A DNA stretch of 64,000 nt from Syncephalis fuscata S228 (GCA_025786725.1 JAHLTZ010000023.1:124001-188000), one strand, 5' to 3'; counted from the first letter of the stretch, positions 41,121 to 55,530 are shown. Translations and numbers: made by a program. The notes: generated by a model from the letters alone, not told the origin.

Positions 41121-44100
41121 TTAGCGGAATAGCGAGCGTAAATTACGAAACGAGCTCGCTTTCTTTACAGGCGTGCCAGATTGGTCTTTATCGTTGTTAA
41201 TGGAGGTAGTATCGCTTTTGGTACACCCAGTGAAAAGATTCGATAAAGATGAATTGGGCGTTGTTCGCTTATCCTCACTCGACTTTGCTTGACGTGCAGA
41301 TGGCGGGCCGCGCAAAGGAGCTGACGATGCAGATGGCAGCTCGCGCAAAGGAATTGGCGATAATGCCGGTGCTGCTGCTGCGGTCGATGACTCCATGGTT
41401 ACAGCAGATGTTTGGATGGGCTCCTGTGGCGTTACTACACGTGGAATACGAAATGGTAAATTTGGAAGTTCTATCGCTTCCATAGAAATCAAACTGGCTA
41501 TTGTATCGCAAGATAGATTGCTCGTATGATTATAGTTGATTTGAGGGGCGGATGTTGCCAACATAGACTCTGCAGTAGCAGGAGCAGCAGGAGCAGCAAC
41601 AGTAGGTACTCGAGGAACAGCAACTACAGTTGACGGACGCTGGCTCAAAACAGCACGTGGATCGGCACCTTCAAAAATACTTTTACGCTGTGCTAAGGTC
41701 AGTGGTGGAGGTGGGCCTGGAAATACAAATCCAGTCAATGGTGATCCATTTGCTTGTGCCTTCAACGCTGGTCGAGATGAGGCAGCAGCAGTGGCATTAT
41801 TAAATGATGAGTGTCGGAAAGTGTTGGAACGCACTCCAGTTGACATAGATGGTGCTACCAAGGAAAGTGGTGGCTGCTTTTGACGTAAAAGTTGATGATT
41901 GTCTACAAGTCGTGCAACATTTATAGAAGGATTTGCGGATAGAAAAGTGTTTTGTGCTGTGTGGGTCGCAGGCGGGGCGTGTTGGTTATCTAGTTTACTA
42001 GACGTAGCATCCGTATGCGTGCTAGCTTTGTCGGTAGCTGTTGGCACAGGCTTATTGTGTATATGAGACTCTGTTGTAGATTGAACCGGTTCATTTTGCG
42101 ATGCTTCAAGCACACCCTTTGAAGCAGGCAGTTGGCGTGTTGGTGTAGGCTGCGCATTAATAAGCGGTACTAGCGGCTGTTCGTTTAAAATGGGTGCGGC
42201 AGAAACTGGTCGTATTTCCATAGTCTTTTGCTCAGCAGTAGCAGGCTGAATATTCTTAAAGGTGTGTGCATCCATACTAACGATATCAGTGCGTGATTTG
42301 CTATTTACTAATATAGCTTGTTGTCCATAGACACCACTTCTGCGACTTGCTTTTACTGGTTTCTCGCCGTCCTGCTCTGGCGATAATGACACTGGACGTG
42401 GCTCTGATGAACGTAAATCTGATAAAGCTGACTGCATTGCATTTTCGCCAGATTTAGACACAGTCTGTCCTACAGACATATCCAGAGTATTGAACGTCAC
42501 AATCGACTCAGTGTCCAGCACTTTATGTTTTGCCTCTATTTGCTTATCTTCTTCATTTTTCTTCCCATCATCTTTTTTTTCATTCAATAAAGCTGGTTGC
42601 TCTTTGGTATCTTTAGTGCTTTCTACCGAAGCAGGAGATGAATTGGCTGTTTCAGAAAACATAATTCGATCCATGCCGGCTAAAGCACGCATACGGCGTT
42701 CACTGTCACTAAGAGATGAGGTTTTTTCTGTATCAAAAATTGTAACATCATTAGTAAACTGTAGCTTTATAATACTTTTGCCATTTCATAAAGCAGTATA
42801 TGACTTACTGTTATCATGAACATTAAACGACGACGGCTTTTTGTCTGTTCCGCTTGATGACGTATGCTTATTCAGCAACTCAAGCACTGGACCGTTAAAC
42901 GACGGAATCGAGGACGCGTATTTTTGCTTCTTTTCTTTTATCCTGTCGATCGGCATTAAAGTAAATGGCTTATCTGTTGTTTCTGCTGATAATACTGATT
43001 CAGTTCGATTGTTCGATTCCATTTTTAATTCTTTACTATTTACTAAAGATAACTTTTCGATTGTTTTCTCGGTATTTTTTGACTTTATCAGTTTATCGGC
43101 ACATACAACACGATTCATTTCCAACTTGGGCAGTAGAGCACATTTGTCTACTTCTGAACGGAAATTGTCGTAAATACGACCACGCGTACCATTCTCCATG
43201 GCACCAAGACGTTCGTGTACACAAGCAGCCATAGTCGTAAACACTGTACATGCCTGTAATATGGCAGTCATTGAAAATGGAGAATATTGCTTTTGTTCTT
43301 GATTATCGACATTTAAACAAAAGGCCACGGTATCTGATGTAGGCTGTGATCCACTTGCGGCAATGTCAATAGTATGAACATGATCAAACGTGTAGGTAAC
43401 AACTTCTGACCGCACTAAATAATACAATTATAAGCATAATAAATTCACATTCGTGTATTACTTACAAGTTCGTGAACCGGTCATATAAAATAGTTCAATA
43501 CGTGTACGATCAATCAAGTAGGCATAGACATAAGGTGTTTGTTCAATTCTCTTGTACGCACGCTTTCCCAGCCAAAGTTCTTGCTGTTTTAGAGCTAAAT
43601 AGGCTGATGTGTACAGTTTTGTACTAATAAACGTGAATTAGTTTACAATAATAACCAAGTACATAACTTACACTGCATGATCGCGAGAAACATTACCGCG
43701 TGAACATCCCACGACAAATGTTAGTAACTCACCGGCCACACGACGTTCTACACATATTACTGGCCGATACCAATTATTGGAACCGTCGGCAATATGGGCA
43801 CCATCAGCTGGATTGGCATCTGATGATTGCCCGTCATGCAGACAAGTAATGCCAGATGGTGACCATGTTTGATTACGCCACAGATTCAACATATTTGATG
43901 TCATATCTGCATCATCTTCAGAGTCGATACGCGTAAATTTTAGGCTAAAGGCCGGGTCGATGATAAGCACATGAATGTAATCTTCTGCATCTAACGCCGA
44001 TCGACCTAGTATTCCACCTTGGGGCAGACAGAAATTGCTAAAAAAATGTAGCGCACATGTGTAGCTTTTAGCTTCGTTTGAAGTAACTCCAAATATCTGG

Positions 44101-45569
44101 GCATCTCTTAAGGTGATACGCGATTCTTGTCCAAATATACGATGAAAATCCTCCGGGACGTGATGCTTGATAGACTAGTTAGTAGCACAAAAATAAGTAT
44201 TGACCATTTAAAACCAGTGTATTCTAATTACTTACAGAAATTTGATCCGATTGGATACTTGACCATGAAGTATGATCAACTACTTGATCAGTAATTAAAC
44301 GTCGTTCCAATATCATAAGTGCATCAATAAGTCGCTGGGCCGTATCGGCCATTTGTGTTGCTGGATAAGCACCAATAATAAAGTTGACTGTCACTTGATT
44401 GAGCTGTATATCCCGTTCACTCATACCGTCAGTGCTGCTGACACGCATGAAATGAGTTGGTACTGATAGACTGATGTTATCCACTGTGTCCATAAACGCT
44501 GATTGACGATTGTATGCCAGTGACAAGGCGGGCTTTTTGGCCAACATAGCATTGCCCACCGCGCCCATAATTGCCCGTCGACAAAAATCGCGTCCTACAT
44601 GATCGGCCATGCGACAGCAGGATAAAACAAATTCCCAGCCAGCCAACGATAAAATGCGATCAATACCTAGCGCTGATAGCTGGTGATCATCAGTTTCGGT
44701 AATGAGCGTTTGCACAAATGAACGAAGCTCTTGTTCTGTAGGATGAGATCGTAGTACCGAGTCGGGTCGAGGTGCGACTGGAGCAACAAACGACGCCCGG
44801 TATCGGTTAGCGTTCAATGATATAGATTGTCTCTGAGGCCGTGAAGACATGTTACACGATAAACGTGATTTAATTGTAGTATTGGCCAAGGCAATGGCAG
44901 ATGCTATTTCTTGATTAGACATACTTCTAGTTCCTTTTTCAGATGCCTTATTTGTTTTCTCATCCGATGGTTTTGGTGCCTTAGTGTCAGCAGTCATATT
45001 AATATCTTTTTCAATTACTGCGGATTTGTCATGATCGTTATTCTCGTGATCCACTTGAGTCGAATCGCTTTCATAGGCATGATCCGTTTGAGTGTCAACT
45101 TTTTTATAGTCACCATTTTGTGAAATCGCATCTACTGGAGTATTTGCTTCTGATATGTTAGTTTCAATATCAGTAATTGTAGTTTCCGTATCAGTAATTG
45201 CCGTGTCCGTATCGGTTGTGGCAATTTCGTTGAGTTCAATAGCTTTCGATAATCTTGTGTCAGGCGATTTACTAAGTACCGATAGCGATGGCACTACGAA
45301 ATCCGAATTAGCCGCCTTTTGAATAACGATGTTGTTATCGCTAATTGAGGTTCCTCCGGCTCAGGTGGAGATAATGGTCTTATGATATTGTTGTCATTAC
45401 CATTTATGGGCTGTTTTGTAGAATAGTTGCTACCAGTAGTTGGTGATAAAATATTACGCGGAGATTTGGGTGAAAATGATGTAAAAGCATCGAAACTAAA
45501 ATCGGGCATTAAAGGCGAGCTCATAATAGACAGCGGTGGTAAACTACCACTATTTGACTCGTACTCCAT
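41121..45569 (-). CDS. Large hypothetical protein: disordered ends with a central globular region (5 exons, one apparent -1 frameshift near 45350)
   Basis: ORFs joined by GT-AG introns near 44235, 43670, 43465 and 42808-42728. No family recognised with confidence. Confidence 0.7.
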
Positions 45570-46441
45570 TGTGTAATTAATGAATACTAAACACCTGCAA
45601 TAAATTGATAAGCGATAAAAAGTAATAAAATCAAACAAGCGAAATAATAAATGATATAAAGACTAGAAATGAATTGGTGTTATTGAGTGCTGTTGCATAT
45701 CATAGAGCCAATAAGCTGAATGAGTTGCTTATATGAAATGGATAAGTAAATGTGCCCGGCACGAATACTGTGTTACGTTTAATAAAAATGGATGACGGCA
45801 CGGCCGGCGCTTTAGAAAGACAGTAGCAGGAATAAACGTTTAGATGGATGCGAGCGTTTTTAGCAAGAGCGAATATGCCAAATATGAAGTGCAAGGACGA
45901 GGATTAAAAGGGAGACAGTGCGATGGTAAGGGAGATAGAATAGGGAAAGTGAAATAGTCAAGTAGGAAACAATAAGGCCGAAGTAAGAGAAGCTGGTCAC
46001 AGAAAGTTGAATGTATGGTGTATTATGTATTAAATTATATGTACTTGTGAGTGTGTGTTTGTGTGTAACGACTTGCGCCGTTGACTATTTTCTTTCTTTC
46101 TTTAGCCCAAATACCGTGCTAAACTTGTATGTAACAAATGTAAAACAAGGGGTGGTTGCCGTTTTGTTCAGTTCATGGAACGTCAAGGTGATTGTAGGTA
46201 TGGCTTATGTATAAAACTAGATTTTTCAAACCTGTTATTCTACGCATGGTGGGTTATGTACAAGTTGAAATCGAGTGCAGCGATGGTCACGTTTACAACA
46301 CTACTATAGCAATGACAGTGTATTTATTTATGCAAAAAAAGAACATCACTAGCCAACGTAAATAAATTTGATATTTAAGAAAATTCTTAAATGAATTCTG
46401 TCACAAGTAAAATCGTTGTAACATAATGAAAATTATTACCT

Positions 46442-49184
46442 TTACAAAGAAAGCGATTCAAGACGTTGTGTTGTTGTTAGCGGTGGTGGAGTGGATGTTT
46501 TACACTCAGTAAAAACGATCGACTCATTTTTTGAACCGCTTTCATCACCATAAACTACTTGCATCCATGCAAGCGTAATTCTCACTCGGCAAGAGTATAA
46601 AGGAACGCCGCCTAGTTTTGAAACGGCAAAGGGTTCTGATCTTCGTCTATTGGTACTGGACAGGAATGGATAGCCTGAACCGGCAGTAAGTAGCGGTGAG
46701 TGCGAAGAGACTGATGTAGCACCGGCATCAGCGGCTATTGAGCGTTGACGGGCTTGAGCTACGGCTTCCTCAACACGACGACGTTGTAGCCATCGAGCAG
46801 CAACATACATTTGATCGGACAATCGCTGACAGCCATGCAGTTTCTGCGCCGTTAAATCAGCTGCTTTGGCGGTATCCGTAGTGCTTGTACCATTTGATTT
46901 GGTTGCAATAACTGGTAGTTGTTCCGATACAGCAGCAATAAAGGCTTGTGCTCGCTCGGTTATTTCACAGAAATCACTTCTAGCTACTGAACGTGCTGGC
47001 ATAAAAATAGGATAGCCAGTCGAAGCATGTTGTACCAGTTGACCACGTACATGCCAGGCTACCGCGCGAGGCCAATCACCAAGCAAAAGCATAGCTATAG
47101 CTATACTATAGTGCGTTTCAACTAGAAGTGGATGATATGTAACATGGGGAAATCCATCATCCCAGACAACTTCTACCGAATCGATGTCATGACTATTATC
47201 GGTTTCATGACCATCAAGGTCAGAAGGGTGCGACCTTTTTTCTTTTATTAATCCATTGTTGTTAAATAAATTACGTTTTTCCGCGGTATTTAATGGCAAT
47301 TGTGTCATTTTGTCAGCTTCATTAATAACACTTGGACCACTACCGTTTTGTGGATTGAAATCCGTTAAGGCTAGATTCGGTATTTGTATAGGATCTGCAT
47401 CTGAGAAATAGCTACGATAAATAGCAGCTGAAAATGGCACTGGCTTTAGTGTTGGATTATTATTTGTAGTATCCGATAAATACTTATTGCTAGCATTAGA
47501 CTGTGATTCATCCAATGTACTTTGCAATAAATTGGTGTCTATACCTGCAGATGTGCTGCGATTCATCGTGATATGGCGGCTAGCTCGCATTCCTTCGCCA
47601 TCTAATTCTTCTAGTATCTTTTCAGCATCTGGCAGTGAATTAGGAAACCATCTTAGGAAACGTGTATAATCACGTATGGCTCGTCGGGCCAAAGATGTAA
47701 CACGAGGTATTAACGATGTCAATCGTTCATGACAAGCCTCGCGTAATTCGTTATCCAACGGCGAAATGGGCGTACTGTGCGGCTCAACATCCCATGCTAC
47801 ATCGTCGGCCGATGCTGTACCTGCGTGAGTTCCAAAGCCGCCGCTTGAAGTACGTTCCCCACTCGATTTTTTGCGTCGTTGTCGTCTCGTCTTTTTGCTA
47901 GCACTATTTTGCTCGTTTTCGTTTGCATTTTTAGATATAAGCTGCTGTGCTTTAGCTGCACGATGTTTTTCTTCAATGCCTTTCTCTATATCTTGCAATT
48001 CGGCACGAATCATATAAAATGCCCATTGCAAGTAGCAGGAACCTCGTTGGAATAAAGCTTGCCGCTTTGTGCCACGTCCAGGACGCAGTGGGTTTCGGCG
48101 TAAATCATCTGATAATACAAATAAAGGCGAAGTTTCCGCTATTGAATTTTCATTACCGGCAATAGACACTTCAGCTTCATCATCTTCCAGATTTAAAAGC
48201 ATATCACTGCTAGAAGAAGGATGCTGAAAGCGACGTCGTTGAGGTGCGCTGTATTTACGTGCTAGCTGCATAGCAGTAGCAAAATCTTTAATAGCTGCCG
48301 CGTGCTGTCCTTTTATACATAGCATCGTACCGCGTGTACGATAATATTCTGCCGTATCAGGATTACGACGTATAAGTTCGTCAAGCGGCTCAACACTGGT
48401 ACTAGTGGCAAGTCGTCTAATATGGTTACAGCGTTAATATAATGTTATTATAACAAATAGACACCTTAAAAATCAAGACAGCTTACCTTGAAGGAATTTT
48501 TTCATGGAAAAAGTGTGTATACGTTGCATCGTTAGTGTAGCTATCGTCAGGAGATATCTTCGCTAGACTGTCTATCAGCTCGTCTAGTCCAACAGCACCT
48601 TGCATTGCGCACACACTGGTGGCAATTTCGTCTGTTCGATAAGCAGCTGCCATTTTTTCAACCGCTTGACGTAACAACCGTCGGCGAGTATGGATATTGA
48701 TGCTTGCGCCCCCTCCGCTGCCATGTGTATGCAGTTGTGCACGCGCTGCTTCCACTACTAGTTCCGATGCCTCATCAACAAGTTCACGCGTATACACAAG
48801 ATCTGCCAACACAATTGGATCGATAGCAGGTCGTGGAACTCCTTTGGGAGGCGGTAGAACAGGAGGTTCAACCATTCTGTGTCTTGCTCTAGAATTAAAT
48901 AATTCTGGCGATTTTGCTTCATCACGGGTGGCTGCAATAAACGCTTCGTTGGCGCGCGCAGCATCCAAAGAATATGGCACGGCAGTAGCGTTTAGCTGAC
49001 ATAGATATTCTAGCATTTCCGCGGGAAGCTGTAGCCAAGGCCCATGATAAGCAGCAATATTGCGCCAATGTTTATTGCGTGCTATCATAACTACATCACC
49101 AGCTTCTTTGCCACTCTTTTTCTTTGTCACTTCACCGCTATTACTTGGCTTTGTCGTATTTCCTAAGGCCGTTGGAGTTGCCAT
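46442..49184 (-). CDS. Conserved fungal TPR-like hypothetical protein (2 exons)
   Basis: RNKHWRNIAAYHGPWLQLPAEML, DEIATSVCAMQG, FFHEKIPSR, TPR-like EYYRTRG...AAAIKDF, TYHPLL, GYPIFMPARS. Recalled as a conserved family of filamentous fungi; no kinase domain visible. Confidence 0.75.
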
Positions 49185-51214
49185 ACTATTATATTTTATT
49201 CCTGTATTAGAAGTTTGCTAATAAAATTTGCACTGCTGTTGTTTCTCGTGTTGCTAAATTGGTAGTAATTATAATGCTAGCAAATTTTGAATAAATAGTA
49301 AATTCACAGAAAAGAACAAAAGGCGAGAATTAAAAACATGCTAATTACTCTTAGAGTGTACCAATATGAAATAGTATATAACGATCTATTTTTGGAGGCT
49401 AATTAGCTTTTATTCTTTTTAGTTGATCTTTTAATACATTTACCACTATACTGGCATTATAATCTTTGATATTTGATAATGAATAATCTTTAAAGACAAT
49501 GTAACATTTTTTATTTTTTATTATACTCGCTACTATACTGAATATACATTTTATGATAATGAATAGTTTTGGGGTCAAATGACTTTTAATGCATTTATTC
49601 ATTTACGATTAATCTGTTCTACGATGTACTGAATAGTCAATTAGTTTTTATTATTTCACATTGCATTTATTAATAAATTTAGCTCGTTTGTCTATAAATA
49701 TTGACTGACAGGCTCCACACCTCACAATCTACGTCATCACACTTCCTTTCTCTTTCTTTACACTTGATACATATATTCATAGCATATACTTATACACTCC
49801 ATATATACTAACTAGATAGTATCAGTAGTTGACTGACTACTAGTTATGTACAAACACTATTTACACTATGCCTTGCATCCTTTTGCTATTACTTTTTTTA
49901 CAAATCATTACTTCAATCATTGCTTTTGGCAGCTTTATTGACACAGTAGGTGCATTTCTGGCTTGTTTCTATGTCACGTCAAGCATATATTGTCAAAATC
50001 ACGTTCTATGTTTTGTTTTAACTATAGATCGCCATTGCAGATCATCTGACAACTAATACAACTCAACAGTAACAGCTTGCGCCGATGTATTGGCACTGTA
50101 AACTTGTTCAATGATCATACTGATAGTATTTTCAACGCCAATGTTGTTATTGACCTTTTCAATATTACACTAATTTGTTTGTTCTGGTGCTGTACTAGCT
50201 TCAGCGCTTATGGCAGACTATTGCAATGCATTCTTTTGCAATATATGTTATTAATCTATACTTGCTACGCGTTATTTATAAATTATCAAGCAATTATTGC
50301 TATTTTATTAAACTGAGCATGTTTTCAATAAGCACAAAAATACTATATAAATTGTTGTAAGCACTCATAGCGTGCATTTAAAAAAACCTACTCTTATCAG
50401 TGAATGATTTGTTACTTTTCCTATTTAGCTGTTTAGCAATATCTAGTTTTCTTTTAAAATAACAGTTTTGTATCTTATGTTGAATTATGGTCAAAGTGGA
50501 TGACAATGTAATAAAAATTATAAATTATGGTAAATTATTTCAATAAAGATAGAAAGCACATTTTACAGCTACATCTTCAGTACAATAGTAACATAGCATA
50601 AAAAGCATCAGCTCAAACGAACATTTTGTATAAAGTCGAATTTGTGGTAACAATTATAATAGCACATAGCACGTACATACTGTACAGACAGAGTCGCTGC
50701 TATGGCATTTATATCTAAGCGTAATTACTAAATAAAAACAAATATGTCTGTGGTTATTTAACGTTATTGTAAATATTACGATGTTTGCATTTATTATTTT
50801 ATTATAAATAAATAGCGCTAACATGTAAGTTAAGAAAAAAATTATTATATTCATTTAAGCCTAAAGACGTATATGAAAACCACAAAATCTTTTTGATTTG
50901 GTTAACTCTATACGCTAGTTGCCAAAGAAAGTAGTGTGTAGTAATAAAAATTTTATAAAATATATTGCCAACATTTATAGACATATTTGTCTTACATCGA
51001 TACAATAAATTGATATCGGCAAATGAATATTCTAAAACCATTGGATTTATAATGGTTTCATATTTTATCATTAATAATTGAAACCAAATGAATTTAAATA
51101 ATTGAATGATAATTAAAAATATCAGAAAATAATGAATAGTAGGCATCGGCATTTCTTGCCGACTATTCCTACACCTACTCGTCACTGCCAAGTAGTATCT
51201 ATTTTTTATTCAAA

Positions 51215-53445
51215 ATGCAAGCAAGCGATCGTTGCCATTTTCTCCAAATGAAATAAGCCAGTATCGTGCATTTGAAGCTTATGATTTTGATGGCGATGCT
51301 GAATTTCAACGGGAAATAACATTATTTGATAGCGAAAAACAAACGATATTGCCTAGTCGCGAAGCTGACGGGAAAGAAGCTCAGTTACAAGCAAAGTTGG
51401 CATATTTTATTAGGTATGTAGCAGAAACTTAATTAGATATAGCTTAATATCTAGTATAATAGAAAATTTGGCGTTATTGATCTTCGTAAATATACACAGT
51501 GGCGGGAAGCAGTCCGCTTTATGTCTAGTCAGCAGCATCCACCAGCTGTTATTAAAAAAGAACTTGACGACGCAACAAAGTCACGCTTAGCATATACACT
51601 TTCTCGTTTTAAAAAATACAACTTTGAAGATGACACTTCTTTTCAAAAATATATGGCAAATCTATCAGCAAATTTATTAAATAATGCTAGGATTTGCAAT
51701 GACTTTGATAGTGAAAATTTTAAATTACTACACGCAAAAGTGATCTATTTTGACCAGTAAGTTATAGTAATTGTCACAGAAATACACTGGATGATTAATT
51801 CAAATTGTAACTAGGCATATTTTACCACTGAGCTGGGAGGAATATCTCGAGACAATAAAGTCAGCAAATGTATCTACCGAAACACCAACTACATGTCCAA
51901 TAACCGGCAACGTAGCAACAATTGAACAGACATGCCCTGTTCTAAGTAAAATGACTGACAGGCCTGTTTCGGAGCAGCCATCTTTTAATCCTAATGATAC
52001 AACACTATTAGTACATGCACGTCCTATGCGCGTGGGTAATAGCACCGGCGGACTTGATGAGGTTGTTATGTATGAATCGCAACATTGGAATGAAAAGCAG
52101 CTTTATAAACTAAAGAAAACATTAACAAAGGCTCGTCAAAAGGGGCAAGCGGCAGCCGTGCTATTAACTTCAGATGCTGGTCAGCCACCAATGCATGATG
52201 CTGCCAATGACCGGATTCGGACACACGATTGGCGAATATTTAGCCCACCACCCATTGATAAAGCAGCAGCCCAAAGATACGCACATCTTTTAGACGAAGC
52301 TGGTAGCAATAAAGGCGCACCTTTTGTTGCCGTTTTTAATGGGTGTGTTCATTCGGCTGCAATGAATTGGTTCCGCGCAGCCACTGCGCGTGTTTGCACC
52401 GAACATGTTATTATATCGCCAGCACGCATAGCATCTACTGACGAAACGCTAGTATATTCACCAGTCTTCGGACTGTATACACTAACACATTTGCATGGGC
52501 CGGTTGGTATTGAATTTTATTTACAGTTTAACCCATCAGTACGGTTACGTGCACCAGATTGCTTGTTGCTTGGACTTGTGGATCGATTTGTGCCTGAAAA
52601 ATATCTTGGAGATTGGCTGCGGCGTTTAAGAGCGGCGTTCCCATTAGGTAGTAAAGTTGGTGCAGCAACAGCACAGCAACTACAAGAAGCAGTATTAACT
52701 GGCGATAAACATTGGCCAGGCTGTGGTGTTATCGACTGCTGGAAGGCAGAGATTGAACATTGTTTTGGTGTAAGTTATTAATGTAACAATCTCTAATTAT
52801 TATCATTAGTAGTATTAAATGCAATTGCATATGACATTTAGGAAACGACAAGTTTGGAACAGATGCTTGATCGTGTTGGGCAGTTGAGTAAGCCATGGGC
52901 GTTGGCTACCATTGATTATGTTCGATCATTGCCTCCTCTTTTAGCCAAGGTAAAGCTACGAACTGGTAGTAAATATAGCTAACATGCCAAATATTAGATC
53001 ATGTACGAAGCAATACAACAAGGCAAACTACTTAATTGGCATGAGTGTAATCAGCTCGAATCTGTGATAGCAGCAAATTGGTCACAGTCCACCGATGCTC
53101 ACCGATTAAGCGCGTTTCAAGTAAGCTTATATATTATTCAAGTTAAACATTGATTAATTTATATTCTAGACGACACGAATACAACCAACATGGAAGTACG
53201 AAACGCTGGCATCAGTATCGACAGAAATACTAAATCGGTATTTTAAGCCATCTGCAGACGATTTAACACCCGCCCATCAATTGGCCTCAAATACTGAATC
53301 TATTCGAGATACAATTGAAACATTATCTACGCATTGTTACAAATCACCATGGCACTACATTGATGCCAGCGTAGACTATTCTGCTATTGATCATCTCGTG
53401 CAAATGTCCATATTTTCAAGGATAGTTGATATTGCTTTATTGTAA
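51215..53445 (+). CDS. Two HTH_76-like repeats, two CP motifs and a degenerate 3-hydroxyisobutyryl-CoA hydrolase (crotonase-fold) domain (6 exons; probable -1 error near the start)
   Basis: Repeats FEAYDFDGDAEFQ...AKLAYF...Y..W and FKKYNFEDDTSFQ...AKVIYF...WEEY. Crotonase-like PFVAVFNGCV, RVCTEH, RLRAPDCLLLGLVDRFVP, IEHCFG, PWA, PTWK. Confidence 0.7.
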
Positions 53446-53886
53446 TAAAGATAACTAAAGTGTTGTAACATCAATACAGATATTGTTATTAAAACTAGAA
53501 GACACAATAGTTGGCCAGAAAAACAACCTTATCGCCAGCGACAAAATTAAATAAAACGTAATTGAAAGAAAGTAAAAATTATTGCCAACAAAAAATGCAG
53601 TCGACTATAATTCATGATAGCAATATTGTCGTGAATGCGATAAATTATAATATTGCATTAAATAAAATGTAACAATTACAAAATGTATTTATGTAAAAAG
53701 TAGAATGAATGAACTACACAGCTTATTTATTAAAAAGGCTATGCAGCCATATGACTATTGTTTATGCAAATGGATAATAACGCCAGCTTTAAACAGTATT
53801 ATATAAACGTGCTACATTGTGCCTTATTGCTTTAAGATAACTAGTACAATGGATGACATTTAGCTAATTTTATTTAAATACCATGG

Positions 53887-55530
53887 TTAATCTAGCAACG
53901 ATTCGTGCTTATTGCCACAGTTATCGTGTAACACCGCATTGATAGTTGTGTTTTTTACAGTTATATCGCCAAAAGTCAAATCATTCATGGTTGTTCCACA
54001 GCCCATAGTTGTCTGTCCAACTAATGGCGTATGTCCAGTAGTACTTTTCTCTACTCTAAAACAGTGTATACCCATTGCTGCTATGAAAATAAAAGCGCAT
54101 GCGGTACATGCCGCATCAAAGAATACATTGACAATAACCAGCAAGTTGTTTTATAAATACGACCGATTGTATTCCCAATACACCACGCCTTGAATTAAAT
54201 ATATAACATAGGTAGCAAGAACTAGTGCAGCAAATATTACCAGCTAGTAAGTATACCTAATTATTAATATTGATTAATTAAAATCAACGTGTATTTGCCT
54301 GTATAAAACTTTTACCACCATCCGTATGCTTTCTTAGTTTAAGAGTCATTAATTTAAACCAAATGGCTATTGTTTAGCTACAATATGTGCTATTAAAAAT
54401 ACAGAAATGTATACACTACTTACTCAATCCCAAAAATAACTACATCAAGCACAAGTAATATAAATTTAATATATTTTGCTGCATCCAAAACATCTAAACA
54501 TTCTTTTTCTCTAAAATATATATAAAATAATTGCAAATAATTATATATATATAGCAAATGCATTCACTATAAAATCAAGTGTTATAATGTTACAAAAGCT
54601 TATAACAGCTTTTTTGGAAAATAGACAATTTCCGGCAATCAACCTACCAATGCATATAAATAAACAATAGCAAGGCTACAATACCTTTTTGCTACTTACT
54701 AATGGAAGAGTAACACGTTACAAATAGTCATTGCTGCAATATTGGCGATACTAATTGCAATACAAATAATTCGATTCGATATACTAAATGATACAAGACG
54801 GCTTTGATAAGAGCGTAAGTGGCGGCGTTCATCCAATCTATTATTACTTACAACAACAAACAATTGTAATACAAAGTGTTATAAAAGAATATTGTAACGT
54901 AGCATTTTTAGCTTAATCAGCATTATTATTCGGGTACATGCGTATAGCAGCATAGCAAGAACCTAAAAAAACAAGCATGACTAACTATACTTAGCGCGTT
55001 ATATTTTCTTGCCATGGCAAAGCAAATCCATCTAAAAGTCAAAACTCTATTTGAAATAAAATATTATTTTCTAAGCCAGGCTCTATAAAAGGATTTTGCA
55101 ATTAAACTATTTTCAATATGTAAATAGTACCGACTGACTTTGCTCAGCAATGTAACGAAAGATAGAACGTTTTCCCATAGCGACGCCATATTCAACGTAG
55201 CCGAGATATCATATAACAGGATGATCAGTGTAGCTTAATGGTAGCAAAAGACAAATCAACGAATATTTGGCTTGTGATAACTGTCGAGATAAACTAGCAA
55301 TTGGTTTGTTTATCTAAAGCTGTGTCAGTATGTATAATGTACTTTGACATGTCCGTTTACCTGTTTTTTTGCTTTACACTGAGCAGCAAACAAATCTTCA
55401 TCATTTATAGCAATAGAAAAGTCAGGGTGTGCTGATGCCGCTTTGGCTATAGCCTGGATATATGGATTGAAGGTGTTAGCCGGTATAAAAATGCACTTGT
55501 TTTCAGTAAAAAAGTTTTGAAATTTCAAGG
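53887..55530 (-). pseudogene. Probable decayed multi-pass membrane protein gene
   Basis: Two in-frame TM-like segments (LVIFAALVLATYVIYLIQGVVYW and LLVIVNVFFDAACTACAFIFIAAMGI) are separated by an in-frame TAA at 54151-54153. More stop-interrupted hydrophobic fragments lie upstream, plus an ORF fragment at 55325-55528. Confidence 0.4.

Noticed and set aside
42728-42808. In-frame TGA (42786-42788) between two long same-frame ORFs, suggesting readthrough or selenocysteine
   Set aside because: It lies in an 81-nt intron with a GTAAGT donor, TACTAAT branch site and TACAG acceptor, whose removal keeps the frame.
45294-45360. Programmed frameshift joining ORFs 45294-45638 and 44224-45294
   Set aside because: One missing A in gaggaa(a)cc explains it and matches the deletion errors seen in RPC2; no slippery heptamer.
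46442-49184. Histidine kinase, a label I recall for similar fungal proteins
   Set aside because: No H-box, HATPase or receiver motifs are visible.
52885-52905. KPWA as the PEX39-type (R/K)PWE motif
   Set aside because: It lacks the Glu and coincides with the WA commonly found at this position in HIBCH proteins.
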